A DNA stretch of 64,000 nt from an uncultured Acidobacteriota bacterium. GTDB lineage: Bacteria > Acidobacteriota > Thermoanaerobaculia > Multivoradales > UBA5704. Position numbers and translations under genes: made by a program. Positions 30,881 through 44,205 of the stretch are shown piece after piece; position 1 is the first letter of the stretch, and every line of letters begins with the position of its first letter. The stretch is taken from the NCBI GenBank assembly GCA_963752235.1, contig CAVVXL010000010.1, positions 257,844 to 321,843 of the forward strand, given 5' to 3'. Below the pieces are notes generated by a model that saw nothing but the letters and a program-made list of their open reading frames with translations, was not told where the DNA came from and made no database searches.

Positions 30881-33327
30881 CGCACGACGAGCGGCAGGCG
30901 CACCTCGATCTCACTTCCCCGCCCCGGACCCTCGCTGCGCGCCTCGACCCGCCCGCCGTGCATCTCCACCAGACTGCGGACCAGGGTCAGCCCGATCCCG
31001 AGGCCCGCGCCCGCGCGGTCGAGACCCTGCTCCCCCTGAGCGAAGAGGTCGAAGATCCGCGGCAGCAGGTCGGCCGAGATGCCGATCCCGTCGTCGCGCA
31101 CCCGCACCACCGCCTCCCCGGCGCCACCCTTGCCGTCGCGATGCGCGGAGACCTCCACCCGTCCCCCCTCCTCGGTGAACTTGAGGGCATTGCGCAGCAG
31201 GTTCGAGAACACCTGCTCGAGGCGCGTGGCGTCGCCTTCGACCGGCAGCGGCGGACCAGCGAGATCCATCCGCAGGCTCTGGCTCTTGGTTGCAGCCAGA
31301 GGGCGTGCCGCCTCTACCGCATGTTGCAGCACCTCTCCCAGGTCGAGCGGCTCGCGTCGCAGCTCCACCTTGCCGCGGGTGATCCGCGAAACGTCGAGCA
31401 GGTCGTCGACCATCCGTACCAAGTGCTGGATCTGACGGCGGATGATGACGACCGGCTTGCCCATCCGTTCGTCCAGATCGCCGGCGCCCAGCTGCTCCAA
31501 CAGGTAGGAGGCGTTGGCGATGGCGCCGAGCGGATTGCGCAGCTCGTGAGCCAGCATGGCCAGGAACTCGTCCTTGCGGCGGTCGGTCTCGGCGAGCGCT
31601 TCGGCGCGGGCGCGCAACTCGGCGGCCAGCCGCGCGCTCTCATGGGTGCGCGCGGCCAGCCGGTCGCGCATCTCCGCGAAAGCGGCGGATAGATGGGCGA
31701 CTTCGGTAATGCTGCTGGCGGCGCCGAGCGGGGCCGCGAGGTTCCCTGCCGTCAGCTCGCCGACCGCCACGGCCAGGTCCCCCAGTGGGCGGGCGATGCG
31801 GCGCGATGCGTAAAGGCCGGCGACCACCGTCAACGGGATCACCACCAGGAGCAGCCCGAAGGCGAGGTCGCGCCCCCTCCGCACGCCGGCCAGGGCGTCG
31901 GCCCGTGGGCGCTCGACCGCCACCGCCCAGCCGAGCTGTGGAATGCGGGCGAACCCCGCCACCTCGGGCGCGCGGCCGGGGCCTCGGTGGTGGTCCGGCC
32001 GATCCCAACCGGCAGGGAGAGGGGGAAGCGGCGGCTCCGAGACCACGCCGTCGACTCGCGCGATGGTTCGTCCCCGGCCATCCGCCACGGTGACTCGCGA
32101 ACCCTGGCGGGAGATCCGCCCCTCCAGTCCGCCGGCGGCGAAAGCGGCCACCAGGGTCCCCTCCAGGCGAGCGTCGCCATGGATCGGCGCGCCGAGCAGA
32201 AAAAGGGCGCGCCCGCCGAGCTGAATCGGCGTGATCTGCATCCGCCGGGGTGAGTGGCCGACGTCCGCGGCGATGCCGAGCACTTCCGGCAGCGGCAGCG
32301 GCTCGCCTCCCGCGGCCGCCACCACCCGGCCGCCGGTGACCGTTCGCAGCGCGACCAGATCGGGATATTCGGTCCGCGCTTCCCGCAGCAGCTCGCCCTG
32401 ATCTTCCGCCGTCATCGCCGACCGCCCCGCGAAAGCGGCCAGGGTGGCGGCGCGGGCGCCGTTCATCTCGATGAAGTCCGACACGTTCTGGGCGATGGAC
32501 TTCGCCTGCGCGGCTTGCGCGGCCTGAGCCTCTTCCTCGGTGAGCTTCTCCTCCTGTGCCGTCACCACCGCCGTCGCCAGGATCAAGGCCAGCGAGGTGG
32601 CGATCACCAGCACCAGCGAGACGCGGGCCTGGAGCATGGCGGTATCGAGCGCGTCCAGACGGGGGCGGAGCCAGGGTAGCGCGGCGAGCGCGGCGCCGCC
32701 GCCCCAGTAGAGCGCCACTCCCGTCCAGCTTCGCGCAGGGAGCGCGAAGAGCGCGCCGAAGGTGAGGAAGGTGAAACCGGCGGCCAGGTGAAAGATCCAG
32801 ACCCAGGTACGCCGCAGACCGGGACGCAATTGCGCGTAGACGAGGAAAGGGCCGGTCACCAGCATCACCAACCCGATCAAAATCAGCTGATCTCGGTAAG
32901 GGCCGTAGAACGCGCTGCGGAAGAGCTGCGGCCGCACCGCGACGATCAGACCCGAGAGGGTGGCGACGAGCCCCATCAGCAGGCCGAACAGGTCTCCGCC
33001 GGCGGCGGCCTGCCGCCGCTGCGGCAGCAGGCCGGCGAGCACGACCCCCAGGCCGAGGACGGCGTAGACCACCGTGCCCGACGCCGCTCGCACCGCGGCA
33101 AAGCTGAGGGCCAGGGCAAGAAGCGTCAGCCCGGCCAGCAGGTCGGCGAGCCGGGCCGCCCAGGGCGAGGGGCGCAGCACGGCGACGGCGACCAGCCCCA
33201 CGCCGGAGGCGAGAGCGAAAGCCCCCCAGGCGAGAGCGTAGGGGAGCAGCGCCTGGTAGGGAGCGGTCTGGAAGTGGTGGGGGGCGATGAGCAGGAACGC
33301 GCCGATGAAGGAGCAGAACAGCCCCAT
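30877..33327 (-). CDS. sensor histidine kinase with N-terminal multi-TM sensor region (about 7 TM), HAMP, HisKA and HATPase_c domains
   Basis: HisKA H-box [14 protein letters not shown]-box [10 protein letters not shown]-boxes DDGIGI and GAGLGIGL. Start uncertain: M at 33327 chosen, the ORF is open to 33450. No response regulator adjacent. Confidence 0.8.
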   Translation of the reverse strand: MGLFCSFIGAFLLIAPHHFQTAPYQALLPYALAWGAFALASGVGLVAVAVLRPSPWAARLADLLAGLTLLALALSFAAVRAASGTVVYAVLGLGVVLAGLLPQRRQAAAGGDLFGLLMGLVATLSGLIVAVRPQLFRSAFYGPYRDQLILIGLVMLVTGPFLVYAQLRPGLRRTWVWIFHLAAGFTFLTFGALFALPARSWTGVALYWGGGAALAALPWLRPRLDALDTAMLQARVSLVLVIATSLALILATAVVTAQEEKLTEEEAQAAQAAQAKSIAQNVSDFIEMNGARAATLAAFAGRSAMTAEDQGELLREARTEYPDLVALRTVTGGRVVAAAGGEPLPLPEVLGIAADVGHSPRRMQITPIQLGGRALFLLGAPIHGDARLEGTLVAAFAAGGLEGRISRQGSRVTVADGRGRTIARVDGVVSEPPLPPLPAGWDRPDHHRGPGRAPEVAGFARIPQLGWAVAVERPRADALAGVRRGRDLAFGLLLVVIPLTVVAGLYASRRIARPLGDLAVAVGELTAGNLAAPLGAASSITEVAHLSAAFAEMRDRLAARTHESARLAAELRARAEALAETDRRKDEFLAMLAHELRNPLGAIANASYLLEQLGAGDLDERMGKPVVIIRRQIQHLVRMVDDLLDVSRITRGKVELRREPLDLGEVLQHAVEAARPLAATKSQSLRMDLAGPPLPVEGDATRLEQVFSNLLRNALKFTEEGGRVEVSAHRDGKGGAGEAVVRVRDDGIGISADLLPRIFDLFAQGEQGLDRAGAGLGIGLTLVRSLVEMHGGRVEARSEGPGRGSEIEVRLPLVVR

Positions 33328-33535
33328 CACCCAGCGCAGGCTGTCGGCGGAAAGATCGCACAGCCGGCCGTGGAGAACCGCCGGCCGACGGCGGTCACCG
33401 TTTACCGATCCCTGTTGCAAACCTTCTTGCAAAGCCTTCGTACCTCCCACGCGCCCGAGCTCACGGAGCGCTAGAATGCCGCTCGTTGTTCAACCCCTGG
33501 AGGGCCGGCGGACTTCCCACCGGCCGGAGGAATCC

Positions 33536-35817
<2,282 letters not shown>

Positions 35818-35821
<4 letters not shown>

Positions 35822-37345
35822 CCAGTCCCCACCTCGGCGTCGAACACCGCCGTCTGCACCTTGCCGCCGATCTTGACCTGGACCCACAGGCGGTAGCGTC
35901 CGGGTTGGGGAAACTCGTAGGGAAAGGAGAGCGTCCCCGGCCGGGCGCTCTCCCTCGTCATCTTCATTCCGGCCATCCCGGCCATGCCGTTTCCCCCGGC
36001 CCCACCCTCCTGATTTTCGAACGCCTGCTGGGCCGCCATGCTGACGGTGCCCATCGGGTGGAGGTGGACGAACACCCGGCCGTCGTCGCGGCTGATCACG
36101 GCATGGCTCGGCATTCCCATGTAGGACTCGAGCGCGGCGGGCTCGCCGTCCGCGCCGCGAACCTCGAAGCGCAAGGTGACCTCGCGGCCGGCCCGCAGCG
36201 GCTCCTGGTGCCAGAGCATCGAGCCGCCGTCCTCGAGCAGGGCAAGCTTCGGCCCGGCCGTCGAGGCCCTTCCCAGCGGCTCCGTGATCCGCAGGGAATC
36301 GTCGGGATCGACGTCCGGCGCAACGCCCTGTCCCCCCTCGGAAAAGCTCGCCGGGAGCGTCACCCGGTCCACCAGGGTCTGCGGGAAGCCGCTCTCGTGG
36401 ACGACGTCGGCGTAGACGCGGTAGGAGCCCGCCGGCAGCGGCGGCAAGGAGACCTGGAAACGGTCCGCCCCTTCGGCCACCGGATGGAGATGGGCGAAGG
36501 CGTCGAGGCCGGGCTCGCGCAGCAGGAACAGGTGCATCAGCTTGCCGTGATCGGGGATCAGCGGCGTCCAGTCGTGGCGGCGCGGATCGTCGATCGTCAG
36601 GGTGAGCACGGGCCGGCCACCGGCGAGGCCGACCGCGGCGTGGGTGCGGAACGGCTTGAACAGGCTCGACTGCGCCTCGCCGTCCACCTGGTCCCACCAT
36701 CTCTTGCCACCCCAGAGAGCGGCGGCGAAGAGGAGGGTGGCGAGGACGACGACGACGCGCGCCCGCCGCCGGCGCCGGTCGTCCACCGTCGCGGTGACCG
36801 GCAACGCCCCCTCGCGCACGGCGGCGCCGACGATCGAGACCGCCCCGGCGAACAGGAACAACCCCAGGCCGGCCAGGATCAGTCGGAGGCCGCGGTCCAT
36901 CCCCAGCACGCGGCTCGGCTCGGCGAGGACCGGCACCTGCGCCACCCCGTCTCCCGCCGGCCCCTGGATATGGACCCGCACGCTGTAGGAGGAGGCGACC
37001 ATCAGCCAGAGCTCGCCGCTCCAGGTCCCCGGCGCGCCCGGGACGGGCACGGCGACGTCCGGCGGCGGAGCGCCCCGGAGCCCCGCCTGGAACTGGACCG
37101 GCTGCACGGTGACCTTCAGACGCTGGTCCGCCGGGTACCCCTCGCGCAGCCGCACCGTGATCTCCGCGAGGCCCGGAACCACCACCGGCGGACGGATGAT
37201 GACCCGTACCGGATACGGCCCGGCGTTGCCGTCGTAGAAGACGTTGGGGCTGCCGACGTGCGCCCTGGCGGGGACCGCCGCCGTCGAGCAGGGCCAGGAG
37301 GAGAACGGAGACGGCAGCGCCCCTCCTCATCCTCATCGCTCTCAT
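35818..37345 (-). CDS. exported/membrane-anchored beta-rich protein, apparent frameshift in the signal-peptide region
   Basis: ATG 37345..37343 (MRAMRMRRGAAVSVLLLALL, a good signal peptide) overlaps the upstream stop as ATGA, but after about 25 codons the convincing protein (…ARAHVGSPNVFYDGNAGPYPVRVIIRPPVVVPGLAEITVRL…, track ORF 35818..37185) continues in another frame. The shift lies near the C4/G3 run at about 37266..37285. Two central TM helices and a C-terminal beta domain (HLHPV, GRYRLWVQVKIGG). Confidence 0.4.
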
Positions 37346-38443
37346 CGCTGCACCTTCGCCATCCACTCTCCCCACCAGAGGCCGAGGCGGGTCGAGGCGA
37401 TCGCCCACAGCAGCGCGATGCCGAAGCGCGCGAGCGTCATCGGGTCCTCTTTCCGCATCCAGAACTGGTGATGGAACGCCCCGGGGCGGGAGAAGTAGGC
37501 CCAGAAGCGGTCCCCCGCGAAGAACCAGTTGTCGGCCGCGGGAGAGAGCTGAAAGTCGGCGAAGAACCAGTGGACCGTGAAGAAGACGACCAGGAACGCC
37601 GTTCCGATCGCCGCCGCGTCCCGCCAGCCGGCGCGCTTCTCTTCTCCCCGGGACCGCGCGCTGGAGCAGGAGGTCGATCGCCAGCGCCGGAATCACCAGG
37701 AGCAGCGGGAAGAGCGGCGGCGCCATGTGGTCGACCGGCAGGTTGATCGGTCCGAGCCTGGGATGGGCCGGGAAGAGCGGCAGGATCCAGACCATGAGGA
37801 GCTTGAGCAGCATGTAAAAGGCCGCCGTGATCGTGGCCGCCCAGCGCAGACGCGACGAGCGCGCCACGGCGACCAGCAGGAGCGGGAGGACGGCCGCCAT
37901 CAGCTCATAGAAGAGGCCGCCGTGCCGGCGGTTCGGCTCGCTGTACTCGAGCAGGAGGCCGGTGATCATCGTCACCACGATCCCGGCCGCGTACAGATGA
38001 GCGAGCCCGAGCTTGCGCACCTCCCCGGCGGGCGCGCGGTTCTGGGCGGACAGCGCGAGCAGCATGGCGCCGAGCTCGATGGTGATCATGCCGGCGCCGA
38101 GCAGACTGTGCGGCGGCGAGAGCACCTTGACGTCGAGGCCATAGGCGGCGTGCCACCAGTTGTCGAACGGCGCCGAGGTGAGCATGGCGATGGCGCCCCA
38201 GATCGCCACCCAGGCGCCGAGCGGCGCGCGGAACCCCCAGAAACGGACCGCCCGCCCGCGTTCCGCCGCGCTGCCGCCGAAGGTGGTGCCGAGCGCCAGG
38301 GCGCCGCACGAGATCCCCGCCAGCACCCCGCCGAGGTAGATCGCCATGTGGGCCGGCGTCCAGAAGGTGTCGCGGCCGATCGTCATGTGCCAGGAGATGT
38401 CCCAGAGCAGGCCGACGATGATGCTGGTCGACCCGGCGAGCAT
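37342..38443 (-). CDS. polytopic membrane protein (8 or more TM), apparent frameshift near 37640..37660
   Basis: N-terminal 265 aa in the frame of track ORF 33461..38443 (MLAGSTSIIVGLLWDISWH...LLQRAVPG). C-terminal 100 aa (...EEKRAGWRDAAAIGTAFLVVFFTVHWFF...GEWMAKVQR*) continue in the adjacent frame after the CCCGGGG run. Stop at 37342. Confidence 0.4.
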
Positions 38444-38564
38444 GGCGGTCAGGTACCAGGGGAGGGCGGCGCTCGCCGCGCGCGGCTCGAGGACGGGCGG
38501 CTACGGAGCGACGGATTCCATGACGGTTCTCCTCGCGACGGAATGGCTGCTCAGAGGTTATACG

Positions 38565-39741
38565 ATGCGCGGCATGATTCGTTCCTTCCGCGCTCCCACC
38601 CGCCTGGTGATGGCCCCCGGCGCCCTCGCGCACCTGCCCGAGATCGTCGCCGGCTACTTTTCCGATCGCCTTTCCGGCCAGCCCCCCGGGCGGGTCGTCC
38701 TGGTGACCGATCCAGGGGTCGAGGAGACCGGCATTCCCGAGCACGTCTGGCAGGCGCTGGCGGAGATCGACGTCGAGGCGATCACCTTCGACGACGTCGA
38801 GCCGAACCCGCGCGCCGCGACCGTCGACCGGCTGGCGGCCTGGGCGAAGGAGGAGGGGGCGGCGCTGGTGATCGGACTCGGCGGCGGCAGCGTCCTCGAC
38901 GCCGCCAAGGCCGCCGCGATGGTGATGGCGAACGGCGACGCCCCGGTCGCCGGCTACGAAGGGCGGGACCGTTACACTGAGAAGCCCCTCCCCTTCATCG
39001 CCATCCCCACGACCTGCGGCACCGGCTCCGAGGTGACCTGGGTCTCCGTGCTCACCGTCGAGGAGCGCCACGCCAAGATCAGCGTCAAGGGGGAGACGAT
39101 GTTCCCCGACTGGGCGATCGTCGACGCCGACCTCCTGCGCACCCTGCCCGGCCGGCTGGTCGCCTGGACCGGAGCCGACGCCCTGACCCATGCCGTCGAA
39201 GCGGTCACCTGCAAGGTCGCCAACCCGGTCTCGGACGCCCTCGCCACCACCGCCGTCTCCCTCCTCCTGCGCTACCTGCGCCGGGCCGCCGCCCACATCG
39301 GCGAGGACGCCGAGGCGCGCGAGGCCGTGATGCGGGCCTCGACTCTCGCCGGCCTCGCCTTCGGCAACGCCGACGTGGGGGCCGTCCACTGCCTCTCGGA
39401 GACGCTCGGCGGCCGCTTCGACCTGCCGCACGGGCTCGCCAACGCCGTCCTCCTGGCGCCGGTCGTGCGCTACGAACCTCCCCGCCTGCGCCGACCGGCT
39501 GGCCACCCTGGAAACCGCGCTGCCGCCGGGGAGCGGTCACAGCGGCAAGGGCGCCGAAGGGGTGCTGCAGGCGATCGAAGAGCTGGTGCGGGACCTCGGC
39601 ATCCCCCGTTTCCGCGACCTCGGCATCCCCGCCGAGGCCCACCCGTGGATCGCGGAACGGGCGGCGCAGAACGGCTCGAACCCGTCCAACCCCCGTGAGA
39701 TGGGGCCGGCGGAGTACCTGGAGCTGCTGGGCTCGCTCTAG
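38565..39741 (+). CDS. iron-containing alcohol dehydrogenase, apparent frameshift near 39485..39500
   Basis: Start at MRGMIRSF, in frame within track ORF 38346..39698. GGGSVLDAAK and Fe-ligand His motifs. After ...LLAPVVRYEP the real C-terminus (CADRLATLETALPPGSGHSGKGAEGVLQAIEELVRDLGIPRFRDLGIP...LGSL*) runs in the +2 frame to the TAG at 39739..39741. The shift lies at a CCCC run. Confidence 0.7.
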
Positions 39742-41438
39742 AGCAGAGAGCCCGGCTTGGCGCCCAGCATCGCCTTGCGCACCAGCGGCACCGGCGGTCC
39801 GCCGTAGGAAAGGAAGCGGTCGTGGAACTCCCCCCACGCCTCGCGGCCGTCGCCGGCGACGCGCGTGGCGCTCCAGTCGTCGCGCAGCTTGCGCACCATC
39901 AGCTTGCCCAGGGTGTAGTTGAGATAGCCGGGATCGAAGGTCCCCCGCGCCGCCTGCTGGCGGGCGCTCGCCGGATCCTGCAAGCCCTCCTCGCGGAACA
40001 TCCGCTCGGCCTCGGCGAGCGTCATGTCGCCGGTATGGAGCCCGAGGGCCACGATGTAGCGCACGTTGCGCAGCAGCGCGTTCTGGAGCTGGCCGATGCG
40101 GAGGAACGGATCGCCGCCGCCGAAGCCGGCCTCCCAGATCATCTCCTCCGAGTAGTGGGCCCACCCCTCGGCGAAACCGTAGCTCACGAACAGCCGGCCG
40201 AGCTCCGACTCGGCGCGGTTCGAATGCAGGAACTGGAGGAAATGGCCGGGCCACACCTCGTGCGCGGTCACGAACAGCAGGTCCGCCTCGTTGGGAATGT
40301 ACGCCGCCTGCTCCGCCGCGGACCACGCGGGGTCCGGCGGCGCGATGTAATAGATCGAAGGGAGGTGGCGGTCGTAAGGCCCCGGGATGTCGATGTACGC
40401 CGAGTTCCAGCGCTGGTACGGCGGCGCCTCCTCGATCCGCACCTCCTCCTCGCCGGGGATCGAGACCAGCTCCTGCTGCTCGAGGAAGCGGCGCAGCCCG
40501 GCGAGCTGCCGGCGGGCGGCGGCCACCGGGCCGTCCGCCGGCTTCGCCGCCGCCACCCGGGCGAGGCAGTCGGCGATCGAGAGCCCCGGCGCGTAGTCGG
40601 CGCACGCCTGGCGCAGGGCCTCCAGGTTGCGGTCGAGGTCGCGCCGCCCGGCGGCGGCGAGCTCCGCGAGCGGGAGGTCCACCCGCTCGGTCTCGCGCAG
40701 CATGCGGGCGAACAGCTCGGAGCCCAGCCGCAGCTCGCCCGGGGCACCGGCGGCATCCGCCGGGGCCGCGAGCTGCTCGTTGAACCAGGCGCCCAGCTCG
40801 AGGAAGGCCTGGGCGGCGCCGGCGTTGGCCGCGCGCAGCTCCGCCTGGAGCCCTGCGTCCTCGACCGCCGCGAAGGCCCGCGGCACGTCCGACTCGCAAT
40901 AGCCGGCGAGGCCCAGGAACGACACCTTGCCGAGCATGGCGCAGGTGCGCGGCATCGGCGTCCGGAGGTTCGCACGGATCTGCGCCGCCGCCCGCGGCAC
41001 CGCCCGCGCGTAGCCGATGTACCCGCGCATCCGCCATTCGAGAGGCGCGTACTCGCGGGAGAGGTAGAGATTGGGATCGAGCGTCTCGGTGTAGTAGAGC
41101 GGGTTGCGCCGGTGCCACTCGGCGGCCTCGAGCCAGAAGAGGTCGGCGTCCACCGCCACCTTCACCACCTCGCGCTCGAAGGCGCGCCGCTCGTCGAGCG
41201 TCGCGGGGTCGGTCTCCTCCACCCGGTCGCGCTCCCAGCGCAGCCAGGCGATCTCCCGCTCGATCGCCTCCGGGCTCCAGTCGGGCAGCCGGCCGTCGAG
41301 GTCGTGCCGCCCCGCCCGCGCCGCGAAAGCCGGGTGGATCTCGAAGTACCCGTCGATGAACGACCTCACGAACCGGTCCCAGGATCCGGCGGCGATCGCC
41401 GGATCGAGACTCTGCAGCTCCTTGGCTTCCGCGTCCAT
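39738..41438 (-). CDS. DUF885-family protein (HExxH zinc-peptidase-like)
   Basis: 566 aa from MDAEAKELQS. Conserved VTAHEVWPGHFLQ motif and the general DUF885 architecture. Its stop overlaps the Fe-ADH stop as the palindrome CTAG. Confidence 0.7.
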   Translation of the reverse strand: MDAEAKELQSLDPAIAAGSWDRFVRSFIDGYFEIHPAFAARAGRHDLDGRLPDWSPEAIEREIAWLRWERDRVEETDPATLDERRAFEREVVKVAVDADLFWLEAAEWHRRNPLYYTETLDPNLYLSREYAPLEWRMRGYIGYARAVPRAAAQIRANLRTPMPRTCAMLGKVSFLGLAGYCESDVPRAFAAVEDAGLQAELRAANAGAAQAFLELGAWFNEQLAAPADAAGAPGELRLGSELFARMLRETERVDLPLAELAAAGRRDLDRNLEALRQACADYAPGLSIADCLARVAAAKPADGPVAAARRQLAGLRRFLEQQELVSIPGEEEVRIEEAPPYQRWNSAYIDIPGPYDRHLPSIYYIAPPDPAWSAAEQAAYIPNEADLLFVTAHEVWPGHFLQFLHSNRAESELGRLFVSYGFAEGWAHYSEEMIWEAGFGGGDPFLRIGQLQNALLRNVRYIVALGLHTGDMTLAEAERMFREEGLQDPASARQQAARGTFDPGYLNYTLGKLMVRKLRDDWSATRVAGDGREAWGEFHDRFLSYGGPPVPLVRKAMLGAKPGSLL

Positions 41439-41498
41439 GGCGAGGAGTCTAACCCGCCCTGGGATACGATGGCGTCCCGAACCGGGAGAGGAGAGATC

Positions 41499-41975
41499 AT
41501 GGCCCAGCCGATCGCCGAGCCGATTGCCACGCAGAATTTCGCGAACCATCGCAGGTACGTTCCGGGTTTCCACTACGCCACCTTCGCCCTGCTGGGGGTC
41601 AATCTGATCTGGGCGCTGTTCCGGCTCTTTTACGGGCTGACGAGTGTGGGAGCCCTGGGAGTGATCGATCGCATCGTCAACCTGGCGGTGGCGGTCGCCC
41701 TGGTGCTGCTCGCCTGGTACCTGCGGACTTTCCCGCTCAAGGCGCAGGACCGCGTGATCCGCCTCGAGGAGACCCTCCGCCTGGAGCGCCTGCTGCCGGC
41801 GGACCTCCGCCCGCGCATCGGCGACCTCCGCCCCGGCCAGCTCGTCGCCCTCCGCTTCGCGAGCGACGCCGAGGTCCCCGAGCTGACGCGCTCCGTGCTG
41901 GAAGGGAAGATCAAGAGCGCGGACGAGATCAAGCAGCAGGTGCGCAGCTGGCGGGCCGATCACTTCCGGGTGTAG
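41499..41975 (+). CDS. hypothetical small membrane protein (2 TM plus C-terminal soluble domain)
   Basis: 158 aa, GGGAGAGGAGAG upstream, good GC3. No family recognised. Confidence 0.5.
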   Translation: MAQPIAEPIATQNFANHRRYVPGFHYATFALLGVNLIWALFRLFYGLTSVGALGVIDRIVNLAVAVALVLLAWYLRTFPLKAQDRVIRLEETLRLERLLPADLRPRIGDLRPGQLVALRFASDAEVPELTRSVLEGKIKSADEIKQQVRSWRADHFRV

Positions 41976-41999
41976 GAGCCGAAAGGAAACGCGGACCGC

Positions 42000-43350
42000 T
42001 CAGGGGCAGGTCGAGAACGCCGACGAATCCTGGACCGGCCGGAAGGCCGTCCCCTGCGGGTTGTCGTAAGTCTTGACCGCGCCGGTCTGGGTGTCGGTCA
42101 CCGTGAGGTGGACCCGCACGTTGGTGAGGCCGCCGGCGTAGACCCAGTAGCGCTGGTTGAAGCCGCAGGCGTTCAGCACCTTGAGCACCACCTCGACGTT
42201 GCTGGCGGCGAAGAACCAGAAGTAGCCGGTGTCGGGGGTCAGGGCCACGGCGTGGCCGGCGCCGCTGACGCCGTTCGCCGTGTACTGCGCCTCCACCTGG
42301 AAACGGCCGCCGTTGAGGCAGAGGCGGGTGTCGCCGGGAAGGCAGCCGGTGGGAGTCGAGGAGGGCTTCCAGCCGAGTTGGACCACCTCGAAGTCGCTCG
42401 CCTTCAGGCTGGCGAAGGCGGGGTTCAGCACGTCGTTGTTCCAGCGCGTGTCGTAGGCGCCGGTAATGTAGAGGTTCGAGCCGTTGTCGGCCACGATCAG
42501 CCCGTAGGTCTTCATCGCCTGGAAGATCTTCTGCACCTCGGGCGGATACCCCGCGATGTTCTTGCTCGCCTTGAGCCGCAGGCGCCCGCCCATCGGCAAC
42601 GCCCCGTTCGAGCCGCCGGCGTCGTGCGAGGCGGGAAAGACGTAGCCGTTGCTCTCCTCGACGGTGAAGCGGAAGGCGTGGCGGATCGGCGCCGAGCCGA
42701 AGGTCTCGTCGTAGCGCACCAGCCCCGGCAGGATGGCGAGGCCGGCCGCGTCGGCGCTGGTCCAGCCGTCGGGGCGGCGCAGGTTCGAGTCGAGCGGGAA
42801 GACGGCGCCGGACCCCGCCTCCCAGCGGCTGCGGGCGGCGTTCCAGTGCGTGTGGTAGAGCTCGAAGAGGAGGTGGTGATCGCGGTCGACGATCAGCATG
42901 TGGCGGTCGCCGCCGGGGTCGGCGTTGCCGGGATAGCCCCCCTCGATCCACTTCCCCTGCGTCTTCGCCTCCTCCGGAATCGGATAGCCGGCCGGCCGCC
43001 CCGGAGCCCCCGCATCGCTCTCGCTCCCGAACTCGACGAAGGTCACCGGCACCAGGGCTTGAGTGCCCGGCACCGAGAGATAGACCATGCCGTAGATCTC
43101 GGGCGCGGGATCGGAGTCGCCGCCGAAGTCGGGGTGCAGACCCACGTCCGCGCCGAGGAAGTTGATGTAGGCCGCGCTGTGCGGATCGACCGGCGCCGCG
43201 CTGACGTCCGCGTTCCACCAGTTGTCGGCCGGGAACAGCGGCAGCGGCGCCGGGAGAGGGACCGCCCGGCTGGGCCGCGGCGACGGTGGCCGAGAGGAAG
43301 GTCAGCGCCAGGGCGAGGGCGAGCCGCGCCGGAAGGATGTTCCTGTTCAT
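42000..43350 (-). CDS. hypothetical secreted protein, apparent frameshift just after the signal peptide (about 43239..43273)
   Basis: Signal peptide MNRNILPARLALALALTFLSATVAAAQ in one frame (track ORF 41929..43350). Mature protein (PLPLFPADNWWNADVSAAPVDPHSAAYINFLGADVGLHPDFGG...AFSTCP*) in the adjacent frame (track ORF 42000..43145). Junction at CCGGGCGG / CCCTCTCCC runs. Confidence 0.45.
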
Positions 43351-43415
43351 AGTTAAAGGCGAGTTTATCAGAGCGGCCCCTGCCTTTTCGGAGTCGCCTG
43401 CGGTAAGTTGCCGTC

Positions 43416-44192
43416 ATGGAGGTCCGCGACTTCGCCCTCACCGTCGTCTCGACTGAGGATCTCGGAGTCAAGCTCGCGTCGGCTCCAGCCGAGCTGACCG
43501 ACGAGGAGCCCGGCCCGCCGTTGCGAATCGCGCAGCCGGGCCGGCCGCCGGGTTTGGAGTTCCAGCGGCGGATCGAGGTGCCGGCGATCGAGGGGATGCC
43601 CGATCCGGCGCAGCGTCCCCGCATCCTGCACGCCCTCGCCAACCACGAGCTGCAGGCCGCCGAGCTGTTCGCCTGGGCGCTCCTGGCGTTTCCCGACGCG
43701 CCGCGGGAGTTCCGCCGCGGGCTGCTCGAGATCCTGGCGGACGAGCAGCGCCATACCCGGATGTACATCGCCCGGCTGGAGGACGCCGGAGCGCGCTTCG
43801 GCGACTTCCCCGTCAGCGGCTACTTCTGGAGCAAGATCGAGGCGATCACCTCGCCCCTCGCCTTCGTCTGCGCCATGTCGCTCACCTTCGAGAACGCCAA
43901 CCTCGACCACACGATCGATTACGAGGAGGCGGCGCGGCGGGCGGGCGACGCCAAGACCGCCGCCGTGATCGAACGCGTCCATCGCGACGAGATCGAGCAC
44001 GTCCGTTTCGGCTGGACCTGGCTTCAGCGCTTCAAGCGCGAGGACGAGCCCGCCTGGGAGACGTTCGAGGCCAACCTCGCCTGGCCGCTCCGCCCCGCGA
44101 AAGGAAAGGGCCGGACCTTTCATCGCGCGGGGCGCGAAGCCGCCGGGCTCGACGCCGAGTTCATCCGGCAGCTCGAAGAGAGCCTCGATTGA
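43416..44192 (+). CDS. DUF455 family protein (ferritin-like fold)
   Basis: 258 aa. ILHALANHELQAAELFAWALLAF...LADEQRHTRMYIARLE matches my recollection of PF04305. Confidence 0.6.
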   Translation: MEVRDFALTVVSTEDLGVKLASAPAELTDEEPGPPLRIAQPGRPPGLEFQRRIEVPAIEGMPDPAQRPRILHALANHELQAAELFAWALLAFPDAPREFRRGLLEILADEQRHTRMYIARLEDAGARFGDFPVSGYFWSKIEAITSPLAFVCAMSLTFENANLDHTIDYEEAARRAGDAKTAAVIERVHRDEIEHVRFGWTWLQRFKREDEPAWETFEANLAWPLRPAKGKGRTFHRAGREAAGLDAEFIRQLEESLD

Positions 44193-44205
44193 TATCGAGG
44201 GTGCC

